This document shows positions 57,041-64,000 of a stretch of 64,000 bases of DNA, piece by piece. The translations under genes and the position numbers were made by a program. This stretch comes from Candidatus Daviesbacteria bacterium (lineage in GTDB: Bacteria > Patescibacteriota > Microgenomatia > Daviesbacterales > UBA10151): NCBI GenBank assembly GCA_016176465.1, contig JACOXD010000008.1, positions 7,680-71,679 on the forward strand. The letters run 5' to 3'. Under the pieces are notes generated by a model. That model searched no databases. It saw only the letters and a list, made by a program, of their open reading frames with translations, and had not been told where the DNA came from. Each line of letters starts with the position of its first letter. Positions within the stretch are counted from its first letter, which is position 1.

Positions 57041-57769
57041 TTAAGGGGTATAAGTAACTTTTCTTTGGATTTGAGTGGAATTACCGAAACCATTCGTCGC
57101 ATTGATAATAATAGTATTTTCTCCATCGTTTAGGTTAATATCAAGACTAAAGTTGCCTGCAAAATTGATAATTACTTTATTTCCATTAATAGTTAGTTCA
57201 TTATCTAAATCTGTTACCCCACTTACTTTTACTTTTTTCCCCTCACCCTCAATCTCAATCCCATCAGCGGGCTCCAAAACTTCTAATTTTGGTTTCTCAT
57301 CTTGATAAATAACTTGAATTGTTTTTGAAGGAAGGCTTTCTTGACCTTCTTCATTAACGGTTTTTCCGATAATATTGTTTGTTCCAAGGGATAGTTCAAT
57401 AAATCCTGTTTCAAATCTTCCATCAAGATTGGCTACTACAGTTTCCACTTTTTTATCATCCAAATAAATATTAACCTTGCCCTCAGGTTGAGTAAAACCG
57501 CTAAATTTAATATTGGCTGAATTTGTTGCATCAAAGGGAATATTTAAGACTGGAGGAGCAAGGGCAACATCTACCTCATTTAAGGCTTCTGTTTTAGGTT
57601 TTAGTATGTTAAAAACAGATAAACCGCTGATAAGTGTAGGAAGCCCCCATAAAACTACCAGTGAGAATAGAAAAAAAGCAAAAACAGTTGTAAAAATAAA
57701 CTTTTTCTTAACTTTGCCCTCTCTTTTTCTAATTGAACGGGGAGTATAAGATCTGGAATATCTTCTCAT
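57041..57769 (-). CDS. Hypothetical exported or membrane-anchored protein
   Basis: The track ORF extends to 57847 and would overlap tRNA-Thr. The ATG at 57769 gives a basic N-terminus and one TM helix (FIFTTVFAFFLFSLVVLWGL) followed by a ~190-aa beta-rich domain. Confidence 0.4.
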   Translation of the reverse strand: MRRYSRSYTPRSIRKREGKVKKKFIFTTVFAFFLFSLVVLWGLPTLISGLSVFNILKPKTEALNEVDVALAPPVLNIPFDATNSANIKFSGFTQPEGKVNIYLDDKKVETVVANLDGRFETGFIELSLGTNNIIGKTVNEEGQESLPSKTIQVIYQDEKPKLEVLEPADGIEIEGEGKKVKVSGVTDLDNELTINGNKVIINFAGNFSLDINLNDGENTIIINATNGFGNSTQIQRKVTYTP

Positions 57770-57787
57770 ATAAAATATTTTACACCT

Positions 57788-57861
57788 TGGAGCCGAAGAT
57801 GGGAATCGAACCCATATCCTTACTTTACGAAAGTAGCGTTCTACCATTAAACTACATCGGC
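57788..57861 (-). tRNA. tRNA-Thr (anticodon CGT), CCA encoded
   Basis: The reverse complement is GCCGATGTAGTTTAATGGTAGAACGCTACTTTCGTAAAGTAGGATATGGGTTCGATTCCCATCTTCGGCTCCA. The anticodon loop is TTCGTAA. There is one acceptor-stem mismatch. Confidence 0.7.
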
Positions 57862-58085
57862 TTTTTAAACTTTATCTTTTTTTCTGGCAGAGATAATCAA
57901 CATCTTTTCAAGCGTTTTCCACTTATCTGCGCCCGCAAGACCTTTAATGGACCTATTCATCTTGCCGTATTTTTCAAAAAATTTTTTATTATTGTAAATA
58001 TTTTGTTTCATAGTGTTTGGAGCAGGATACGAGAATCGAATACTACGCTTCGCTTTAGTACCGTGGCTCGCACCTCTAATTTATG

Positions 58086-58157
58086 AGCGGTGGACCGGAT
58101 TTGAACCGGCGACCTTCTCCTTGGGAAGGAGACATTCTACCACTGAACTACCACCGC
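58086..58157 (-). tRNA. tRNA-Gly (anticodon CCC)
   Basis: The reverse complement is GCGGTGGTAGTTCAGTGGTAGAATGTCTCCTTCCCAAGGAGAAGGTCGCCGGTTCAAATCCGGTCCACCGCT. The anticodon loop is TTCCCAA. Confidence 0.75.
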
Positions 58158-58202
58158 GCTGGTTTAAAATTATATCATCAAAATGATATACTCCAAGGCT
58201 AA

Positions 58203-59666
58203 TTGATAATGAAATCTAAATTAATTGAGTTTTTTTTGGAAGCCTTTCCTTTTCTGATAATTTTTTATGGATCTTTGTTTTTTCCAACGGATAAAGACTT
58301 GGGTTGGCACTTAAAATATGGAGAGTATTTTTTCAGAAATGGAACTATTTTAAGGGATAATATTTTTTCAAAGCTTATGGCTGATTATAAGTGGGCAAAT
58401 CCTTCAGTGGGTGTGGATTTAATATCCTTTATTATTTTTAATAATTTTGGCTTTCTTGGCTTAATGGTTTTATCCGCTTTAATTGTGACAGCTACTTTTT
58501 TCTTTTTTGCTAAAGCCGCAAACTTAAATTTTTGGGATAAGGCTTTTATTTTTCCTATTGTTTTTTACTTGGAGCATCCAATTAATGGAGTATCTTTTAG
58601 AGGTCAACAGCTAAGCTTACTTTTTATCTCTATTTTATTTTTTTTAGTGCAAAAATATGGAGAAAATAAATCAAAAAAGCTCCTGTTAATCTTACCATTA
58701 TTTATTCTCTGGCCGAATATCCATGGTCAATTTATTTTTGGTCTATCCATTTTTTCTTTATGGATTTTCTCAAAATCAATAATTGATTTTATAAAAACTA
58801 AATTAGATGTTTTTTTAACACTAAAAAACAACCTATACTATTTTTTTCTTTTCGCCTTTTCAGTTTTGCTAACTTTGCTAAACCCTTTTGGAATATTTAT
58901 TTACAGCGAACCACTAGGACATTTGGGTGATCCAAAATTGAAGTATGTGGTTGAGTGGCTTCCTTTTGATCCCCAAACTACATTGTGGTGGAATAATATG
59001 ATAATTTTTGTAGTAGTAACGTCTCTCCTTACCTATCTTTATCTATCTAAAAAATTACTCGAGTACTTTTTTCCATCAATAACTATATCTTTACTTCTTA
59101 TAATGTCTTTTCAAATTAGACGCTACGCTTGGTCAGCATATTATTTTTTAATTCCTATATTAAAAACTATAACTGATTTAATTAGGTCTACAAGTACTAA
59201 GGTAAATTACATCTATGCCTTTTTTATCCTGGTTATTTTCTCTCTTCAAATATTGATTTATAAAAACCCATTAAATTTTTTTAATAATTTAACCTGGGAT
59301 CGCTACTGCATGGATAGTGGTTGTTCAAGCAAGGCTTTAGAATATGTTTTAACAAATAAATTAACTGATAATTTATTCACTATTTATGATTGGGGAGGCT
59401 TTATTATTTGGAATTTTCCACAAATAAAACCTACTATTGATGGAAGAATGCATCTTTGGACAGATAAATCAGGATATAGTGGGTTTGAAGATTACTATGG
59501 ATATGAGCAAAATAATAAAGATATTAATGAATCAAAATATGATGTGGCTTTGGTTTCACCGGAAAAAAATATTTACAATAGGTTGACTAAGCTTACAGAT
59601 GAGAGAAAATGGCGGCTTGCCTATAAAGATAAGTTTGCAGCGGTTTTTGTAAGGATAAAAAGATAA
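58203..59666 (+). CDS. Polytopic membrane protein, possible GT-C-fold glycosyltransferase
   Basis: It has a TTG start and about 11 TM helices. The first loop contains PTDKDLGWHLKYGE, a D-x-D-like motif. This is a weak call. Confidence 0.3.
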   Translation: MIMKSKLIEFFLEAFPFLIIFYGSLFFPTDKDLGWHLKYGEYFFRNGTILRDNIFSKLMADYKWANPSVGVDLISFIIFNNFGFLGLMVLSALIVTATFFFFAKAANLNFWDKAFIFPIVFYLEHPINGVSFRGQQLSLLFISILFFLVQKYGENKSKKLLLILPLFILWPNIHGQFIFGLSIFSLWIFSKSIIDFIKTKLDVFLTLKNNLYYFFLFAFSVLLTLLNPFGIFIYSEPLGHLGDPKLKYVVEWLPFDPQTTLWWNNMIIFVVVTSLLTYLYLSKKLLEYFFPSITISLLLIMSFQIRRYAWSAYYFLIPILKTITDLIRSTSTKVNYIYAFFILVIFSLQILIYKNPLNFFNNLTWDRYCMDSGCSSKALEYVLTNKLTDNLFTIYDWGGFIIWNFPQIKPTIDGRMHLWTDKSGYSGFEDYYGYEQNNKDINESKYDVALVSPEKNIYNRLTKLTDERKWRLAYKDKFAAVFVRIKR

Positions 59667-59667
59667 T

Positions 59668-60303
59668 TTATCTTGGTATTTTTAAAACCACCCCAACTTC
59701 TATAAAATTTGGATCAATAATATTATTGGCTTTGGCGATTCGATCATAAGCGTTAATGTCGCCGTAGGCCCTGCCTGCAATTTTAGATAGCCAATCATCA
59801 GCTTTAACAATGTAAGATTCATCTCTAATAGCTTCTCCCCATCCAGTCACTTGAGTAGTTTCATCAGGAAGAGGTAAACTTCCTTCAAAGCTGGTCTGTT
59901 TAAGCTTAGGAATAGTTAAAACCTGTCCAAGTTCAATTAAATTTTCATTTTGGATATTATTTACCTTTATAATCTCAGGATATTTCAATCCTTCATCGTA
60001 GTATTTTTGTGCAATCAAAAAGAGTGTATCCCCTTCCTTTACAGTATATTTCCCTGGTAAGTTTTCTTTCTTTACATCTTGAGATACTTGTTGACCATCC
60101 AAAGTATCGGTTTGTTCTCCGGGAAGTAAATCGCCATCTGGTCTTTTAAAATAGTTAAACAGTAAATAGCCAACAATAACTACAATAAAAATTCCTAAAA
60201 TTAAACTTAAGTAAGATTGTTTATTTTCAAAATCTGCCTGGATTTTTTGAAAGAAGTTTAATCTTTTAGCTTTTCTTGCCATCTGTCCACTCCTTAATTT
60301 CAA
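59668..60303 (-). CDS. Membrane-anchored protein with two LysM domains
   Basis: It has an N-terminal TM helix and two LysM repeats (YTVKEGDTLFLIAQKYY...LTIP; YIVKADDWLSKIAGRAYG...LKIP). Confidence 0.7.
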   Translation of the reverse strand: MKLRSGQMARKAKRLNFFQKIQADFENKQSYLSLILGIFIVVIVGYLLFNYFKRPDGDLLPGEQTDTLDGQQVSQDVKKENLPGKYTVKEGDTLFLIAQKYYDEGLKYPEIIKVNNIQNENLIELGQVLTIPKLKQTSFEGSLPLPDETTQVTGWGEAIRDESYIVKADDWLSKIAGRAYGDINAYDRIAKANNIIDPNFIEVGVVLKIPR

Positions 60304-60373
60304 GTATGGGCAGCTAATAGCCTTTTTAACTTATTTTAAAGTTAAAGTCAAGAGCTCTTAATAAGTATCAAAT

Positions 60374-61192
60374 CTACTCGTTTAGTCTCACTAGATCTTT
60401 TCCCATATACCCTCTATATAGAACTAGATTATGTCTTTCTGCAATTCCCATTTGGACCCTTCTACTATCTGCGGTTGATGTAATAGGAATGGCTCTAAAT
60501 CCACCGAGTGCTTCAATCTTTCCTAGATACAAAAACCCATGCTGTTCGTACCAGTATTTTTCAAAAGCGTCCTGGGTTAAATATGCTGAAATACCTTCCA
60601 AAACTGAAGTCTCTCTTGTTCTAAAGGCGAAAACATTTTCTTCACCCTCAACTACACCCATAACAGGCATATAACTTTCCTTGCGTAACATACAATATAA
60701 ATCTCCAGCAGAGAGACCGGCCTTAAATAATCTAAATAATCGATGAAGCTCACCGAACCTTCTTTTATTCAATACTTTAGGGTGTGAGTGAAGATCACCT
60801 AAAGCGTTAATGCCAGCATCTCTTGCTCTTTCTATAGAGTTAATAATTACCTCTGCGGGAACATAACCAACTCTACCCCTGGAAGAAATAGCCGATAAAT
60901 AGAGCCCTCTTTGTGAACCATTGGCTCCAATAATCCGGTGTCTTTCTATACCATCTTGAGACTCTGTTCTCATTTTATCGAGTACCTCATGCCATTCCTG
61001 ACTGAGTCTAATTCGTAATGGGTAATCAGTTTTGGGAGGTAAAAATAGTTTACCTCTTCCAATCGCTGCCAAATATTCTTTAAAAGTTTCATACCCCCAG
61101 ATTTTGTCTGGACCGCAATGAATTGCTCGTAAGGGAACTCTAACCTGCATTCCGAAAAAAGCGTTAGTGATAGCCTCAATAGCTTCAAGCAT
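60374..61192 (-). CDS. Hypothetical protein, visibly higher GC; weak JAB/RadC-like H-S-H-P ... S-x-x-D motif
   Basis: The track ORF extends to 61303, into repeat B. The ATG at 61192 is preceded by TTGCAA-17-TAAAAT. GDLHSHPKV...LSAGD loosely resembles a JAMM/RadC metal site, but the spacing is atypical. Confidence 0.35.
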   Translation of the reverse strand: MLEAIEAITNAFFGMQVRVPLRAIHCGPDKIWGYETFKEYLAAIGRGKLFLPPKTDYPLRIRLSQEWHEVLDKMRTESQDGIERHRIIGANGSQRGLYLSAISSRGRVGYVPAEVIINSIERARDAGINALGDLHSHPKVLNKRRFGELHRLFRLFKAGLSAGDLYCMLRKESYMPVMGVVEGEENVFAFRTRETSVLEGISAYLTQDAFEKYWYEQHGFLYLGKIEALGGFRAIPITSTADSRRVQMGIAERHNLVLYRGYMGKDLVRLNE

Positions 61193-61272
61193 AGAGCTAA
61201 TTTTAACAGTTTGGGGACCTTTTTGCAAACTATAGGTTGGAAGAATATTTATAATTCTGCGAAAAAACAGAC

Positions 61273-61341
61273 GTAATCCCAAATCCCACCTGCGTAATCC
61301 CAAATCCCACCTGGGAGGTGGATTCCTATTGACACCTAGGG
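61273..61341 (+). repeat. Family B 69-nt composite repeat (second copy), located between tRNA-Asp and the orphan ORF
   Basis: GTAATCCCAAATCCCACCTGCGTAATCCCAAATCCCACCTGGGAGGTGGATTCCTATTGACACCTAGGGA is ~60/69 identical to 29833-29901. Confidence 0.8.
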
Positions 61342-61359
61342 AGTTGGTTTACATGAATG

Positions 61360-61435
61360 TGGCGGGCCCGACCGGATTCGAACCGGCGATCTCCTCCGTG
61401 ACAGGGAGGCGTGATAACCGCTACACTACGAGCCC
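61360..61435 (-). tRNA. tRNA-Asp (anticodon GTC), CCA encoded
   Basis: The reverse complement is GGGCTCGTAGTGTAGCGGTTATCACGCCTCCCTGTCACGGAGGAGATCGCCGGTTCGAATCCGGTCGGGCCCGCCA. The anticodon loop is CTGTCAC. Confidence 0.8.
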
Positions 61436-61603
61436 TCGTCGGGTCAAGGCTTCAACTGCCACAATTTCACAGTTGCTTCAGTTTACGCCTGCCCCTCCTC
61501 TTAAAATCTTTACAAGATTTTGGAAAAAGGAATCTTAAGAAACCTCAAAATTGTAGCAAAGCTAGTATTAAGAATCAATCCTACCTGTGTTATATTACTA
61601 ACT

Positions 61604-63361
61604 ATGACGAATTTGGAGGTAGCTAAACTTTTACGTTCTGTTGCAGCTGCACTAACTTTAAAAAAAGCTAATTTATTGGACGGCAACAAGGTTTCCTTAT
61701 TCCAAGTTAGGGCATATGAAAATGCAGCCACCAGCATAGAAAATTTAACCTCAGAGATAGAAGATTTATGGGAAGAAGATAAATTAGGGGATATTCCAGG
61801 TGTAGGGGAGAGCTTAAAAAAATATTTAAATGAACTCTTTAAAAATGGCAAAGTAGAACATTTTGAAAAGATAATGAAAGCTTTTGATCCCATTATTTTT
61901 GAATTTTTGGAAATCCCAGGAGTTGGTCCAAAAACTGCAGAGGAATTAGCAAAATATAAAATTAAAAGCTTAGGTGATTTAAAAAAAAGACTTAAAAATG
62001 GGGAGCTTGTGAGGGAAGGTTTTTCAGTGAAGGTAGCTGAAAAAATTCTTTCAGGTTTGGAAGAATTATCAAGTAGAACAGGTAGGATGTTGTTACCTTA
62101 TGCTAGCTCTTATGCAGACAAAATACTAGAATACCTCAAAAACAATCCCAAAGTCCTGGCAGCAGATGCGTTAGGAAGTTTAAGGAGACAAGTTTCAACG
62201 GTTGGTGATTTGGATTTTGCAGCGTCAGCCAAAGATCCTACTGATGTAATTAATCATTTTGTAAAGATGCCTGGAATTACCCAAATTGTAGATCAAGGAA
62301 AAAGTAGTGCGACTGTTGTCTTGGCCTCAGGATTACATGTAGACTTACTGGTTGGCAAACCCGAAAGCTATGGAGCACTATTGCAACACTTTACAGGCTC
62401 TAAAAACCACAATATTAGGCTTAGAAACATCGCAAATGAGCAAGGACTATCTTTGAGTGAATATGGCGTAAAAAATACCAAATCTGGACACATAATTCCC
62501 ACAAAAACGGAAGAAGAACTTTATAAAATACTCAAAATGGATACCCCGGCTCCTGAAATTAGAGAAGATACTGGCGAGATTGAGGCAGCGCTGGCCCACC
62601 GCCTTCCCAAATTAGTTGAGTTTAAAGATATTAAAGGAGATTTACATCTTCACTCTAATTTTCAATTGGAACCTTCGCATGGCTCGGGAGCAAATACCAT
62701 CCAAGATCTCATTAATAAGGCTAAAGGGTTGGGATATGAATACGTAGGCATTTCGGATCATCCCCCGGCCTTTACTACTCATACTCGATCCGAAATAATT
62801 AAACTAATAGAAAAGAGGACAAAATTTATCCACTCTTTAAAAAAGAGTACAAAAAATATTCAAATTCTAAATGGATTAGAAATTGATATCGTAGGTGATG
62901 GCAGCTTAAGCGTTCCTGATGAAGCTTTGAAAACCTTGGACTTTTGCATTGCCGGAATTCACTCTGGCCACCGTAGCCATAAAGATATTTTAACTAAAAG
63001 AATTATTAAAGCATTGATGAGCCCTTATGTTGATATTATTTCTCATCCTAGTGGAAGGTTGTTAAATGAACGGGACTCATTTGAAGCAGATTGGGAAGAA
63101 ATTTTCAGAGTAGCTGCAAAAAATAACAAGGTTTTAGAAATTAATGGTTATCCTAACAGAATGGATTTAAGAGATGATTTAGTAAGGCAAGCTAAAGAAT
63201 TTGAAGTAAAATTTGTTATTGATACTGATGCCCACGAGGTTTCTCAAATGGAAAATATGAAATTTGGAGTTGCAGTTGCTAGAAGGGGTTGGGCGCAAAG
63301 TAGCGATATAATAAATACTTGGGACTGGAAAAAAATAGCGCAATGGTTTAATATAAATTAA
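61604..63361 (+). CDS. polX: DNA polymerase X family protein with C-terminal PHP phosphoesterase domain
   Basis: The N-terminal HhH motifs ([12 protein letters not shown]; [12 protein letters not shown]), a Pol beta-like palm and a PHP domain (DLHLHSNF...GISDHPPA) are present. The track start at 61520 overlaps tRNA-Asp; the ATG at 61604 is preferred. Confidence 0.7.
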   Translation: MTNLEVAKLLRSVAAALTLKKANLLDGNKVSLFQVRAYENAATSIENLTSEIEDLWEEDKLGDIPGVGESLKKYLNELFKNGKVEHFEKIMKAFDPIIFEFLEIPGVGPKTAEELAKYKIKSLGDLKKRLKNGELVREGFSVKVAEKILSGLEELSSRTGRMLLPYASSYADKILEYLKNNPKVLAADALGSLRRQVSTVGDLDFAASAKDPTDVINHFVKMPGITQIVDQGKSSATVVLASGLHVDLLVGKPESYGALLQHFTGSKNHNIRLRNIANEQGLSLSEYGVKNTKSGHIIPTKTEEELYKILKMDTPAPEIREDTGEIEAALAHRLPKLVEFKDIKGDLHLHSNFQLEPSHGSGANTIQDLINKAKGLGYEYVGISDHPPAFTTHTRSEIIKLIEKRTKFIHSLKKSTKNIQILNGLEIDIVGDGSLSVPDEALKTLDFCIAGIHSGHRSHKDILTKRIIKALMSPYVDIISHPSGRLLNERDSFEADWEEIFRVAAKNNKVLEINGYPNRMDLRDDLVRQAKEFEVKFVIDTDAHEVSQMENMKFGVAVARRGWAQSSDIINTWDWKKIAQWFNIN

Positions 63362-63366
63362 ATAAA

Positions 63367-63918
63367 ATGAGTCCACTACTTTTATTTGGAATCATTATTG
63401 GTGTAATCCTACTTTGGCTGCTCTTTACTTATAATAGCCTAATTACTTTAAGAAATAGAGTTAAAGAAGCTTGGTCTCAAATTGATGTTCAATTAAAGAG
63501 ACGTTCCTCTTTGATTCCTAACCTGGTTGAAGCAGTTAAAGGTTACGCTAAACACGAAAAACAAGTTTTTGAAAATGTAACTAAGGCGAGATCTGCTCTA
63601 ATGGGTGCAAGCAATCCTCATCAGGCAGCAGCTGCAAATGATATTTTAACAGGAGCCTTAAAATCTCTTTTTGCAATTGCGGAAAACTATCCTAATTTAA
63701 GAGCTTCTGAAAATTTCAAACAGCTTCAAGATGAGTTATCCGATACGGAAACTAAAGTGGCAGCATCCAGGCAGTTTTATAATGCTAATGTGTTGGATTT
63801 AAATAATTCTTTAGAAACTGTACCTTCAGCCTGGATAGGCTCAATGTTTGGGTTTAAAAAAGAAGATTTCTTCAAAGCAACTGAAGATGAGAAAAGAGAT
63901 ATTGAGGTTAAGTTCTGA
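63367..63918 (+). CDS. lemA: LemA family protein
   Basis: It has an N-terminal TM helix and the LemA signature [34 protein letters not shown]...RQFYNANV. Confidence 0.8.
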   Translation: MSPLLLFGIIIGVILLWLLFTYNSLITLRNRVKEAWSQIDVQLKRRSSLIPNLVEAVKGYAKHEKQVFENVTKARSALMGASNPHQAAAANDILTGALKSLFAIAENYPNLRASENFKQLQDELSDTETKVAASRQFYNANVLDLNNSLETVPSAWIGSMFGFKKEDFFKATEDEKRDIEVKF

Positions 63919-64000
63919 GTAAGTGTTATCTCCATCCAACAAAATTTATTTAGCCAAATCTACTGCTGCTGGAAGAGGGGTTTTTGCAAAAGAAGATATA

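Noticed and set aside
57733-58086. 117-aa + strand ORF spanning the tRNA-Thr/tRNA-Gly interval.
   Set aside because: It overlaps both tRNA genes on the opposite strand, and its translation is low complexity. It is not a gene.
61193-61303. N-terminal extensions of track ORFs 60374..61303 and 57041..57847.
   Set aside because: The extensions run into repeat B (MGLRRWDLGLRL is a translation of the repeat) and into tRNA-Thr respectively. Internal ATGs with upstream promoter-like sequence are preferred.
29833-61341. Family B direct repeats as attL/attR of a 31.5-kb integrated island.
   Set aside because: The interval contains the essential dcw cluster, ileS, ribosomal proteins and glyS. It has no integrase and the GC looks like the host. 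The repeats are more likely a dispersed element.
61329-61626. Two small + strand ORFs (61329..61538, 61411..61626) and the 5' 84 nt of the PolX track ORF.
   Set aside because: They overlap tRNA-Asp. PolX-like sequence begins at the ATG at 61604.

Overview
This is a low-GC, gene-dense bacterial window, and the gene content points to a small-genome Patescibacteria/CPR-like organism. That is an inference; GC values are eyeballed, not computed. It falls into three blocks.

(i) Positions 1-21 kb hold a tightly packed, translationally coupled cell-surface glycan locus. It contains a PglC-like phosphoglycosyltransferase, five GT4 enzymes, a hexapeptide acetyltransferase, a SAM methyltransferase, an O-antigen-ligase-like protein, and at least six polytopic GT-C/GT39 (ArnT/PMT-like) glycosyltransferase paralogs, one of them frameshifted. 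A divergent rsmH interrupts the block.

(ii) Positions 21-32 kb are an accessory segment. It contains a DUF4012-like exported protein, then a duplicated recO 5' end bracketing orphan ORFs and intergenic repeats, then intact recO. Next come a DUF4258/DUF2283/BrnA-like toxin-antitoxin trio, a 1039-aa MmeI-like single-chain type IIL restriction-modification enzyme, an HNH nuclease, a small DUF5678-like ORF and glyS.

(iii) Positions 32.6-45.5 kb carry a reduced dcw cluster: mraZ-ftsL-ftsI-murE-murB(short)-murF-mraY-ftsW-[gene remnant]-murG-ftsQ-ftsA-ftsZ, with no murD, murC or ddl. After it come ileS, rodA, rplU-rpmA, an orphan parB, lepB and tRNA-Val. A second glycan block follows (Wzx flippase, methyltransferase, GT2, Wzy/ligase-like), then tRNA-Thr and tRNA-Gly, a LysM protein, a higher-GC orphan ORF, tRNA-Asp, a PolX-PHP polymerase and LemA.

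The most unusual structure is three families of short GC-rich palindromic repeats sitting in AT-rich intergenic DNA: a 34-nt element (2 exact copies plus 1 degenerate), a 69-nt composite element (2 copies, one abutting tRNA-Asp), and a ~55-nt palindromic element (3 copies). Several of them lie next to gene remnants or duplications.

Non-ORF coordinates were hand-counted and may be off by 1-2 nt.
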